NCBI GenBank assembly: GCA_963817895.1
Contig: CAWFQB010000006.1
Span: forward strand, 32,001 to 96,000
Source: an uncultured Chthonomonadaceae bacterium
GTDB taxonomy: Bacteria; Armatimonadota; Chthonomonadetes; Chthonomonadales; Chthonomonadaceae
Direction of reading: 5' to 3'
Length of the DNA stretch: 64,000 bases
Numbering within the stretch: the stretch's first letter is position 1; each line of letters begins with the position of its first letter. This document shows positions 9,895 through 19,549 of the stretch, in pieces. The notes beneath the pieces are model-generated. The model ran no database searches. It was not told the DNA's origin and saw only the letters and a list, made by a program, of their open reading frames with translations. The position numbers and the translations under genes are program-made.

Positions 9895-10536
9895 TCAGTT
9901 TTGTTCGACAAATTCCCGAAGTGAATCGCGCCACTCTTCCGGCAGCGCCTCAATTTGCATAGCGCGCCGCATCAACGCGACATCCTCTGTTTCGCCGCGC
10001 TGCCATTGGTTCAAATCCGCAACTCGCGCCTGATGCGTTTCTCGCTCGATGATGTTAATGGTATCTCCTCGGCCCACATCTCCTTCCTGTCGTACCGCCA
10101 GATAAAAGCCGCTGTAGCCGCTTTCCAGAAAATGCCGGACAATATCCGTTCTCCCGAACTTTGCCGCCAGTTTGTAGCAGGGCTGGCGAGGTTGCGTGAC
10201 AACAAGTTCCGTTGTCCCGATTTGAATCCGGTTGCCGATATGAACGTTCTCCTCCGTCAATCCTTCGGTTGTCAGATTCTCCCCGAAAGCCCCCATTGGC
10301 AAATCGGTCACTGCCAGAAAATCGCGCCAGAAGTCGTAATGCTCGATGGGATAGGCGTAGACGGCCTTGTTCGGGCCGCCATGTACCGTCAGGTCTGCCT
10401 GCCGATCCCCCTCCAGATTCAGACGCTTTACGGCGCAGCGGCCTTCGACCGGCGCTTTGAAGATACCGGTATCCACCGTTCGGCCTTTCCAGAGGATACG
10501 ACGCGGCAGTCCAACATTCACGGAAACGATACGCAT
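9895..10536 (-). CDS. MOSC-domain protein, YiiM-like
   Basis: GDRQADLTVHGGPNKAVYAY, FGENL, VTQPRQPCYKL; C-terminal 3-alpha domain. Confidence 0.92.
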   Translation of the reverse strand: MRIVSVNVGLPRRILWKGRTVDTGIFKAPVEGRCAVKRLNLEGDRQADLTVHGGPNKAVYAYPIEHYDFWRDFLAVTDLPMGAFGENLTTEGLTEENVHIGNRIQIGTTELVVTQPRQPCYKLAAKFGRTDIVRHFLESGYSGFYLAVRQEGDVGRGDTINIIERETHQARVADLNQWQRGETEDVALMRRAMQIEALPEEWRDSLREFVEQN

Positions 10537-10578
10537 TTGCTTCTCCAATCTTCAGTCGGGTAATCAATGGTCTCGGCT

Positions 10579-10618
10579 ATTATCGCCAACATTCCCCTTC
10601 AAAAGTCAAAGCGTTCCG
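10579..10618 (-). promoter_or_regulatory. SARP-type direct-repeat promoter motif, copy A (upstream of MOSC gene)
   Basis: minus strand CGGAACG-N15-GGGAATG-TTGGC-GATAAT. Confidence 0.65.
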
Positions 10619-10633
10619 AGTTCCCGCTTCCCC

Positions 10634-13600
10634 TCAAACTATACTGACCTCATCCTCTGATAAGGCGTAGGCGACAGCCTGCTCCCATGTCAAAGTATAG
10701 CCCTGCTTTAAGGCGGTCGCATACATCTCTTCGCCCAGCGCGCTACAGGCCTGATCTACAAAGTGGACGTATGTTCGGCTCTCATTGGGAGGCAGGGGAA
10801 CGCCAATGCTCTCTTGAAGCGCTACGGCCGCTCCCCAGAGGCGCGCGGCCTTTTTTGGCATAGCGAGCGCCAGCATCACAGCGGCCAGTCCTCTCAGACT
10901 GATGGCGACTCCCGGTCGGTCCACCATTTCCTGGAGGAGAAACAGACTCTCCTCATGCAGCGGCTGAGCAACAATGTAATCGCTTTGCGCGTAAGCCACA
11001 TCGCCCAATCCGCTAAGACAATAAGCGATATAAGATCGATTGCCCAACTTCCGGCTGATACCCAGACTCTCCTCATAGAAGGATTTGGCAGCAGTATGAT
11101 CGCCCTGTGAACTCAGCGCGACACCCAATTTGTAGAGTGAAAAGGCGATACCGTTTTGCTCTCCGAGTTCGCGCCGGATGCCCAGACTCTCCTCAATGAG
11201 TGTCCGCGCCAGAGGATAATCTCCCAGATTAGTCGCTACGTCGCCCAGGTTCGTCAGCGACCAGGCAACCCCATGTATGTATTCCAGCTCTTTGAAGAGC
11301 GCCAGGCTTTCCTCATAGGCGGCCCGCGCGACAGCGTGCTTCCCCTGTTCACCCGCGTTGCTTGCCAGGTTATTGAGGGAGAAAGCGATCCCCCGCTTGT
11401 TGTCGAGACTCCGAAAGATGCGCAGGCTCTCCTGCCCCAGGGTATGCCCTGCTGTGTAATCGCCTTGAGAATCCGCTAATGAGCTGGCTCGTAGCAAGGC
11501 CCATGCCCGCATAGATGTATCTCCCTGAACATTCTCTCGCGCCAATATTCGCTCTAAAAACATCCTGCCTTCGCTGACATCACCGCGTATACTCCAAAAA
11601 TTCCACAGGGCTGTTGCAAGTCGCAATCCGGTTTCTTTGGAGTTCCCTCACAGGGCCGTCCCATTGCAGACTGGCCCGGAGGTTATCGCGCTCTGTTTCG
11701 AACCGCAGCAACGCTGCTTCCTGCTCTCCCCCTTCCAGCTGATTGCGGGCCTCTGCAACCACAGCGATACACCAGTCTCGATGCCTGGCATAAACGGCCT
11801 CCCTTTCACCGCTTGCCTGTAGGAATTCCGCCGCGTACTGTCGCACCATTTCCAATAGATGGTAACGTCCACCTTCTTCTCCCCCCCCGTACCATAAACG
11901 CTATCAGCGACTTATCAATCAAAGAAGTCAGCAGGTCGAGAATCTGCGACGCCTGAACTTCCCCTCCCGCACAAACCTGCTCGACGGCGTCGAGCGTCCA
12001 GCCTCCGGCAAAAACAGATAGGCGGCGCAATAACAGGCGCTCCGATTCGTTCAAAAGAGCATACGACCAATCCAGCGTGGATCGCAGCGTCTGTTGACGC
12101 GACTGCGCCGAGCGGCTGCCACCTGTCAACAAGCCTAATTCATTGTCCAACCGGGCCGCAATCTGTTCCACCGTCAGCGCTTTAACACGCGCGGCGGCCA
12201 GTTCAAGGGCGAGCGGAATCCCTTCCAGGCGAAAGCAGACCTGCGCCACCGACAAGGCATTGCTTCTGGTGAGCGCAAAAGTTTTCTGGACTGATTGCGC
12301 CCGCTCCACAAACAACTGTACGCTTTCATAACCCATCAGCGCCCCAGGCAACGTGGCGTTCGCCTGCGGCAGATGGGCCGGGACGGGCGCGGCCAGCGAA
12401 GGAACGGCCCAGGCTGTTTCACCCGTGATGCCGAGCGCCTCCCGGCTCGTCGCTAAGATATGCGCTCCCGCGCACTCGCGCAAGAGGTACGCTGCTGCCT
12501 CCGCGCTCGCCTCCAGAAGATGCTCACAGTTGTCCAGCACCAACAGCAGCCGCTTCGCGCGCAGAGTTTCCTTCAGGCTTTGCAGTAAACTCCGTCCACT
12601 CTCCTTTAGCCCCAACACGGAGGCGATCTGTTGAGCCACCATCTTGTCCTCTGAGAGCGCCTCCAGCGCCACCAGCCACACGCCATCAGGATACTCGCTT
12701 ACGACCTCTTTCGCGACTTCCATCGCCAGGCGAGTCTTCCCGATGCCTCCCATGCCGGTCAGCGTCACCAGCCTAGACCTTCGCAGGCGTTGCGCCACTT
12801 CCATCCGCTCGTCCTCTCGGCCCACCAGGTCGGTGAGCGCGTGAGGCAGGTAGCCGGTGACACGAGGGACAGACGCCACTTCCGCCTTTACTGACGCAGG
12901 CGTACTGGACTGCTGACGCGCCTCTGTTCGCAAACGCTCATACAGGGCGCGCGTTTTCTCATCGGGAACGGCGGTGGGATCGCTTCTGAGAATAGTCAGA
13001 AATTCGCGGTACACCTGCAAGGCCGCGTTGCGGTCGCCCTGCTTTGCCAGCGCCTCCATCCATCCTCGCCGCGCCGCATCCGACCAGGTATCAAGGCTGG
13101 CGGCGCGCTGAAAGTGACGGAGGGCCGCCGCATAGTCGCCTCCCGCCAAAGCGGACTCTCCAAGTTTTTGCAAAGCCTGCAAGCAACACTGCTCACGGTG
13201 GGCGCGCTCCTGCCCAACCCACTCTTCAGCACAGCCTTCGAGCAGTGGCCCGCCATACAGCGCCACCGCCTGTTCCAGATCGGCAAGGTTCCCACTCTTG
13301 ATGGCGGCATCAAAGCGAAGAATATCCACATCCGCGCCGGAAAGTTCCAGAAGAAGCGTTTGACGGTCCGGCGATTGCAGCCGCGCGCCCTCCTCTCCCA
13401 ACGCCCTGCGCAGTTCGCTCAAGACGGGGCGCAGGTTGGCAAACGCCTGGCTCTGCTCCAGATCGGGCCACAGCGTGGCTGCCAGCCACTCCCGTTCCAC
13501 AGGCCGGTCATGGCGCAGTGTCAGCAAGGCCAGCGCCCACAACGCCTTACGCGAACGAAATGGCGGCAGGGGTAGACCTTGCGCCCTTACCTGCATCGGG

Positions 13601-13647
13601 CCGAACAGAGTTATGGTTAGCGTATCGGCAGTCTCTGGCGAGGACAT
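10634..13647 (-). CDS. AfsR/SARP-like regulator 1: wHTH + BTAD + NB-ARC (STAND) + TPR; frameshifts near 11880 (poly-C) and ~11630
   Basis: LFGPMQV...ALLTL...[41 protein letters not shown]; TPRs in 10634-11626. Confidence 0.9.
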
Positions 13648-13732
13648 AAACGCAATCCTTCCTGCGCAACCTGGACCTGGCAAACAAACTTACTGGGAAG
13701 CAAATGGCTCTCACAGCAATATTTCGGGGGAG

Positions 13733-13772
13733 CGGAATGTTTTTCCTGTGCGCGCGGAACGTTGGCGATAAT
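13733..13772 (+). promoter_or_regulatory. SARP-type direct-repeat promoter motif, copy B (upstream of hydrolase operon)
   Basis: CGGAATG-N15-CGGAACG-TTGGC-GATAAT. Confidence 0.7.
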
Positions 13773-13842
13773 ATTCGAGCGCAATACTCATGGTACGGCG
13801 GAGGCATCAGCTTCCACGTTACGCGATAAAGGAGAACATTCC

Positions 13843-14667
13843 ATGACAGGTTTCATCACCACCAAAGACGGCGCGCAGATTTACTACAAGGACTGGGGCG
13901 CGGGACAGCCCATTGTCTTCAGTCACGGCTGGCCCCTGAGCGCCGACGCCTGGGAAGACCAGATGTTCTTCCTGGCTTCACATGGCTTCCGCTGCATCGC
14001 CCACGACCGGCGCGGACACGGTAGATCGAGTCAGCCCTGGAACGGCAACGACATGGACACCTATGCCGATGATCTCGCCACGCTCGTCGAAACCCTGAAC
14101 CTGAGCAACGCGATCCACATCGGTCATTCCACCGGGGGAGGGGAAGTGGCCCGCTACATTGGGCGGCATGGCACAAAGCGGGTGGCGAAGGCCGTGCTGG
14201 TGGACGGAATCCCGCCCCTGATGCTCAAAACCGAGGCCAATTCTGGTGGTCTGCCCATCTCGGCCTTCGACGAACTTCGCGCCAGCGTCCTCGCCGACCG
14301 CTCCCAGTTCTGGAAGGACTTGAGTTTGCCATTTTATGGCTACAACAGACCGGGCGCGAAAATATCGCAAGGGGTGCGCAACTCGTTCTGGCTGCAGGGA
14401 ATGATGGCGGGGATGCCCGCCTCCTATGAGTGCATCAAAGTGTTTTCGGAGACGGATCATACCGAAGACCTCAAGAAGTTCGACGTGCCGACCCTGATCA
14501 TTCACGGCGATGACGACCAGATTGTGCCGATTGGCGCTTCGGCGCTACTTTCGTCCAAAATCGTGAAGGGGGCTATCCTGAAAATCTATCCGGGCGCGCC
14601 GCACGGCCTGCCCGCCACGCACAAGGACCAACTCAACGCCGACCTGCTCGCCTTTTGCAAGGCGTAA
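13843..14667 (+). CDS. cpo: non-heme chloroperoxidase / perhydrolase (alpha/beta hydrolase)
   Basis: [49 protein letters not shown]. Confidence 0.9.
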   Translation: MTGFITTKDGAQIYYKDWGAGQPIVFSHGWPLSADAWEDQMFFLASHGFRCIAHDRRGHGRSSQPWNGNDMDTYADDLATLVETLNLSNAIHIGHSTGGGEVARYIGRHGTKRVAKAVLVDGIPPLMLKTEANSGGLPISAFDELRASVLADRSQFWKDLSLPFYGYNRPGAKISQGVRNSFWLQGMMAGMPASYECIKVFSETDHTEDLKKFDVPTLIIHGDDDQIVPIGASALLSSKIVKGAILKIYPGAPHGLPATHKDQLNADLLAFCKA

Positions 14668-14802
14668 GGAATTTCACTGTCTCATTCGTTTTCCGTATCT
14701 TTGCGCATTTTTAATTTTGGAGATGCGAGCAGGCAGCGCTACATGCTTCTCTCATTTTCCACAAGCGCAAAGATACTGTTCACTCCAAAAATCAAGGAGA
14801 TA

Positions 14803-16122
14803 ATGATGAAACACAACCTATTCGCAGCCGCATTCGCGGGGCTGTTCTGCGCTGGCGCCGTTCTCTATGCCGCGCCCACAAAGCCCGACGGGCAGGCCGG
14901 GAAGCCGGCTATCGTCCTCGTTCACGGCGCTTATGCCGATGGCTCAAGCTGGAGCAAGGTCATCCCACTGTTGCAGGCCAAAGGCTATCATGTGGTCTCC
15001 GTGCAGAATCCGACCACCTCACTCGCGGACGACGTTCTGGCGACCGAGCGTGTCCTCAATCAGCAGACGGGGCCGGTGGTTTTAGTCGGACACTCGTGGG
15101 CGGGCGTCGTAATCACGCAGGCCGGCAACCACTCGAAGGTGAAAGCCCTTGTCTATGTGGACGCTTCCGCTCCTGACAGCGGGCAATCCATCAGCGATGC
15201 GGCGGCGGGCTTCCCCTCAGAACCGGGAGCGAGCGCCGGTATCAAGGACGAAAACGGGTTTCTGACGCTGCCCGATGCGGCGGTCGAGCGCTATTTCGCG
15301 CAAGACTTGACCCACGCCGAACAGGGGATTATTGCGGCCACGCAGCCTCCCTGGGGAATCGGCTGCCTCACCGACAAAGTGACGCGGGCGGCCTGGCATG
15401 ATAAGCCGTCGTGGTGGGTGATCGGCGAGAACGACCACATGATCGCTCCCGGCCTACAGGCGAAAATGGCCGCCACCATCAAGGCGAAAGTCACGAAACT
15501 GCCGACAAGCCATGTCGCCATGCTCGCCGATCCCAAAGCGGTGACAGCCGTGATTCTCGCCGCTGCCGATGAAGTTCACTCCGAGAAGTACGGCAGCGCG
15601 TCTGATTCTCGCAACGGCGTATCCGTTGTTCCGGTGGGCTACAATCCCATCCCGATTGTTCCGCAGGCAGCGCAAGTTCCGGCGCGAGCGGCGACAGCGC
15701 AATCGGCGCGGGATTTGCGTGGGCCAGCCGCAGTCGCGCCGCTTGCAGGCGAAGCCCCGGTAAAACTCATCATTGATCCCCCGTTGGCGGAATCGCTGGC
15801 GCAAGGGCGGGTCGTGATTCAGTACCGGGCGGAAAATCTGCGGATCGTGCCGGTGTTCGGCAAGGCGGCGCTTGCAGTGTCGCCGCGCATCGGACACATC
15901 CATGTAACTGTGGATGACGCGCCCTGGCACTGGCTGGACGCAAGCGGCGAGCCACTTGTCATTACCGGCCTGCTCGCCGGACCGCACAAGGTTCTCATCG
16001 AACTTGTCAACGCGAACCATCAAACGCTCGATTACGGGGTGGTCAATTTTGAAGTCACGCAGCGGTCACTGACGCAACCTGATCCAAAAGCCGACGGCTT
16101 TCGCTCGGCTCCTAAACTTTAG
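14803..16122 (+). CDS. secreted alpha/beta hydrolase fused to a DUF6130-like C-terminal domain
   Basis: Signal peptide; VLVHGAYADGSSW, GHSWAG; C-terminal IVPVFG.AAL.VSPRIGHIHVTVDDAPWHW. Confidence 0.8.
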   Translation: MMKHNLFAAAFAGLFCAGAVLYAAPTKPDGQAGKPAIVLVHGAYADGSSWSKVIPLLQAKGYHVVSVQNPTTSLADDVLATERVLNQQTGPVVLVGHSWAGVVITQAGNHSKVKALVYVDASAPDSGQSISDAAAGFPSEPGASAGIKDENGFLTLPDAAVERYFAQDLTHAEQGIIAATQPPWGIGCLTDKVTRAAWHDKPSWWVIGENDHMIAPGLQAKMAATIKAKVTKLPTSHVAMLADPKAVTAVILAAADEVHSEKYGSASDSRNGVSVVPVGYNPIPIVPQAAQVPARAATAQSARDLRGPAAVAPLAGEAPVKLIIDPPLAESLAQGRVVIQYRAENLRIVPVFGKAALAVSPRIGHIHVTVDDAPWHWLDASGEPLVITGLLAGPHKVLIELVNANHQTLDYGVVNFEVTQRSLTQPDPKADGFRSAPKL

Positions 16123-16197
16123 AATAGTCGGCGCTGAAGCGACCCTCTATCCACTCTGATAACACACTCTAATCACAGAGAACGAAAGGTAATAGCA

Positions 16198-16950
16198 ATG
16201 GAAGGAAAACTGGAAGGAAGGATAGCCCTCGTCACCGGCGGCAACAGTGGCATTGGCCTGGCGACCGCGCAAAGGTTCGTGCAGGAAGGCGCCTACGTTT
16301 TCATCACCGGGCGTCGCCAGGATGCGCTCGACGAGGCTGTGAAGACCATTGGCTGCAACGTTGCTGCCATTCAAGCGGACGCCGCGCGGTTGACGGATAT
16401 TGATAAGCTCTACGCCACGATACAAAAGGAGAAGGGCCATCTCGATATTCTCTTCGCCAATGCGGGGAGCGGAACGCTCCTGCCCCTGGGAGCCATCACC
16501 GAGGAGCAATTCGACCAGACGTTCGATACCAATGTCAAAGGGCTGCTCTTTACAGTACAAAAGGCGCTGCCGCTCATGTCTGAAGGGGCGTCCATTATCC
16601 TCAACGCTTCTATCACTTCCATCAAGGGAACGCCGGCCTTCAGCGTTTACAGCGCTTCCAAGGCTGCTGTGCGCTCCTTCGCGCGGAGTTGGGCGGTGGA
16701 CCTGAAGGGACGCCAAATCCGCGTCAACGCCATCAGTCCCGGCGTCGTCCCAACACCGGGCTACAACCTGTTGGGATTGAGCGAGGAACAAATGCAGGAC
16801 TTTATCGCTTCGCAAGCCGCGACAATTCCGCTGGGCCGCGTGGGGACACCGGAGGAGATCGCAAAGGCGGTTGTCTTCCTGGCCTCCGACGACAGCAGCT
16901 ATGTCAATGGCATCGAATTGTTCGTGGATGGCGGCATGGCCCAGATTTAG
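16198..16950 (+). CDS. SDR-family oxidoreductase
   Basis: [26 protein letters not shown]. Confidence 0.95.
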   Translation: MEGKLEGRIALVTGGNSGIGLATAQRFVQEGAYVFITGRRQDALDEAVKTIGCNVAAIQADAARLTDIDKLYATIQKEKGHLDILFANAGSGTLLPLGAITEEQFDQTFDTNVKGLLFTVQKALPLMSEGASIILNASITSIKGTPAFSVYSASKAAVRSFARSWAVDLKGRQIRVNAISPGVVPTPGYNLLGLSEEQMQDFIASQAATIPLGRVGTPEEIAKAVVFLASDDSSYVNGIELFVDGGMAQI

Positions 16951-17035
16951 GCGCAGATGCGCCAGAGGAAGCGCGCGCTCTGCCCCGCTCTAACTGTTTG
17001 AAATCAAGCGCATTCGCGCAAAAGGATTTTGCATC

Positions 17036-17980
17036 ATGACAACCCTGGAAATCAACCCGATGAACGCGCCTGCGAACTTCAATCTGGATATGGAACTCTC
17101 CATTCCTGAACTGCCCGGCGTGTTTTACCGCACTGTGAAGGTCAATGGCCTGGACATCTTCTACCGCGAAGCGGGGCCGAAGGATGCCCCCGTGATCCTG
17201 CTGCCGCACGGCTTTCCGACCAGTTCGCACATGTTCCGCAACCTGATTCCGGCCCTGGCCGACGAGTTCCGTCTGATTGCGCCGGACTACCCCGGTTTCG
17301 GCAACAGTTCGATGCCCACCGTGGACGAATTCGAGTACACGTTCGACAATCTGGTGAACGTGATTGAGCAGTTTACGGAGCAGTTGGGGCTGACGAAGTA
17401 TTCGCTGTATGCGCAGGATTATGGCGGGCCGGTCAGCTTCCGCCTGGCCGTCAAGCATCCGGAGCGGGTACAGGCGCTCATTGTGCAAAACGGCAACGCC
17501 TACGATGAGGGCATTGACAACGACTTCTGGAAGCCGATCAAGGCGTACTGGAAGCAGAAAAACCCGGAAAGCGAAAAGTACATTCGCAACATCTGCACGA
17601 GGGAAGGCACCATCTTTCAGTACACCAACGGCGTCCGCGACATCGAAGCGATCAGCCCGGACAACTGGAACATGGACGCGCCCCTCCTGGAGCGCCCCGG
17701 CAATGCGGAGATTCAGCTCGCGCTCTTCTACAGCTACGGCAGCAATCCGCCCCTGTACCCTGAGTGGCAGGCGTACTTCCGCAAGTATCAGCCGCCCACG
17801 CTCATCATCTGGGGCAAGAACGACGTGATATTTCCCGGCGCGGGCGCGGAACCGTACAAACGGGATTTGAAGAACCTGGAGTTTCACCTGCTCGATACCG
17901 GACACTTCGCGCTGGAAGAAGACGGCGCTAAAATGGCCCGCCTGATGCGCAGTTTCCTGCGCAAGAACGTGACGCGGTAA
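17036..17980 (+). CDS. alpha/beta hydrolase (epoxide hydrolase/dehalogenase-type, Asp nucleophile)
   Basis: [30 protein letters not shown]. Confidence 0.9.
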   Translation: MTTLEINPMNAPANFNLDMELSIPELPGVFYRTVKVNGLDIFYREAGPKDAPVILLPHGFPTSSHMFRNLIPALADEFRLIAPDYPGFGNSSMPTVDEFEYTFDNLVNVIEQFTEQLGLTKYSLYAQDYGGPVSFRLAVKHPERVQALIVQNGNAYDEGIDNDFWKPIKAYWKQKNPESEKYIRNICTREGTIFQYTNGVRDIEAISPDNWNMDAPLLERPGNAEIQLALFYSYGSNPPLYPEWQAYFRKYQPPTLIIWGKNDVIFPGAGAEPYKRDLKNLEFHLLDTGHFALEEDGAKMARLMRSFLRKNVTR

Positions 17981-17991
17981 GCGCAGTGTAG

Positions 17992-18021
17992 CTGTCCCAC
18001 TCTCCCATGAGAGTGGGACAG
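17992..18021. terminator. 13-bp GC-rich hairpin (terminator or processing stem within operon)
   Basis: CTGTCCCACTCTC-CCAT-GAGAGTGGGACAG; no clear U-tract. Confidence 0.5.
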
Positions 18022-18078
18022 GCGGAACCCAATGCAAAAGTCACTCGCAGCGCATAAAGCTGCAAAGGAAAAAATCTC

Positions 18079-19038
18079 ATGCAAACACCGAGTATTTCAC
18101 GCCGTGGCTTTTTAGCCTCTACCAGCCTCGCCGCCACTGCCGCCTGGCTCGCCCCGCGCTCCGTTTTCGCCTATGACAGGGGCGATGAGGGCGGCATTGT
18201 CGGAATGATCCGTACAGAAGCCGCCACCGGGCCAATCACCGTTCAGTCGCTTCGAGGAAATGTCAGCGTCCTGATGGGGTCGGGCGGCAATATCGCTGTC
18301 TTTTCCGGCCAAGATGGCAAACTGCTCGTGGACGCGGGCATCCCGGCCTCGCGCCACAAGATCACCGAGGCTCTTGCCGCCATCAGCGCCGCGCCAATCA
18401 AACGACTCATCAATACGCACTGGCATTTCGATCATACCGATGGCAATGCCTGGCTCCACGCGGCGGGCGCGACCATCCTTGCCCACGAGAATACGCGCAA
18501 GCGCCTGGCCGTTGACACGCGAGTGGAAGGCTGGAATTTTACCTTTCCGGCTTCACCCGCAGGAGCGCTTCCTGCCGAGGTCTTCACAACGGAGCGTACC
18601 CTGCGCTTCAATGGCGCTGCCATCGCGCTCAAATACTACGGCCCGGCCCACACCGATTGCGACATTTGCGTCCACTTCACGGACGCGGATATCCTCCATG
18701 TCGCGGATACCTGGTGGAACGGCTACTATCCCTTCATTGACTACTCGACCGGCGGCTCCATCAACGGCATGATTCAGGCTACCGAAGCCAATCTCGCCAG
18801 AGTTACGGACAAGACCATTATCATTCCGGGACATGGGCCGGTTGGCAGCCGATCTGAACTCATCGTGTACCGTGATATGCTTGTCACCCTTCGAGATAAA
18901 ATTGCAGCCCTCAAGAAGCTGGGACATTCCTTGAAGGAAGTCGTGGCGGCCCACCCGACTGCCGCCTACGACGCGAAATGGGGTGGGTTCGCGACGAAGC
19001 CCGATGCTTTCACCCGGCAGATTTACATGGGTGTCTGA
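18079..19038 (+). CDS. Tat-exported metallo-beta-lactamase-fold hydrolase (cyclase-like)
   Basis: SRRGFL twin-arginine motif; THWHFDH, AHTD, IPGHG. Confidence 0.9.
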   Translation: MQTPSISRRGFLASTSLAATAAWLAPRSVFAYDRGDEGGIVGMIRTEAATGPITVQSLRGNVSVLMGSGGNIAVFSGQDGKLLVDAGIPASRHKITEALAAISAAPIKRLINTHWHFDHTDGNAWLHAAGATILAHENTRKRLAVDTRVEGWNFTFPASPAGALPAEVFTTERTLRFNGAAIALKYYGPAHTDCDICVHFTDADILHVADTWWNGYYPFIDYSTGGSINGMIQATEANLARVTDKTIIIPGHGPVGSRSELIVYRDMLVTLRDKIAALKKLGHSLKEVVAAHPTAAYDAKWGGFATKPDAFTRQIYMGV

Positions 19039-19081
19039 ACTTCGCGGCAACCTTGATGTTTTACGCGGATGGAGCAAAACA

Positions 19082-19252
19082 ATGGGCAAAATCATCATGG
19101 GACTTTTTCTGGGCTTTCTGATTGGCGTCGGCTGTCGCGGCTTCGACATTCCGCTGCCTGCCCCACCCAAACTGATCGGGGCGTTAGTGGTGCTGTCCAT
19201 GACATTCGGCTATGTCGGCATGGATTACCTGCTATCCTGCCATGCAAAATAG
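19082..19252 (+). CDS. XapX/DUF1427-family small membrane protein
   Basis: MGKIIMGLFLGFLIGVGCRGFDIPLPAPPKLIGALVVLSMTFGY. Confidence 0.8.
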   Translation: MGKIIMGLFLGFLIGVGCRGFDIPLPAPPKLIGALVVLSMTFGYVGMDYLLSCHAK

Positions 19253-19331
19253 GCAGCAAGCCTTGGTTGCAATCTGCTTTTGGAGCGGTTTCATTGACGG
19301 AATCGTAAGAATTATGAAGGAGGTGAAAATA

Positions 19332-19502
19332 ATGGAGTGGGTACAATTTATCGGGTTCATAGCAGTCTGGATCGTGCTACAGCGTTTTATCCTGCCCAAA
19401 CTTGGCATCACTACTTGAATGGCTCCAGGTGGCTGCGCGGTGGAACCGCGCGAAAAGAAACGCGCAGACAAAACAGAAACCGACGCCGACCAGATACGAT
19501 GA
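19332..19502 (+). CDS. putative small membrane selenoprotein (in-frame TGA at 19416-19418; UxxxxxC)
   Basis: AAGGAGGTG RBS; MEWVQFIGFIAVWIVLQRFILPKLGITT-TGA-MAPGGCAVEPREKKRADKTETDADQIR; hairpin at 19435-19451. Confidence 0.55.
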
Positions 19503-19508
19503 AAGCAA

Positions 19509-19548
19509 CGTCCAAACGACATTGAACGTATCTCATGTCGTTTGGACG
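19509..19548. terminator. 14-bp inverted repeat between convergent genes
   Basis: CGTCCAAACGACAT-N12-ATGTCGTTTGGACG. Confidence 0.65.
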
Positions 19549-19549
19549 C

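Noticed and set aside
11875..11890. Poly-C tract frameshift as phase variation
   Set aside because: Cannot be distinguished from homopolymer sequencing error given the many other indels in the window.
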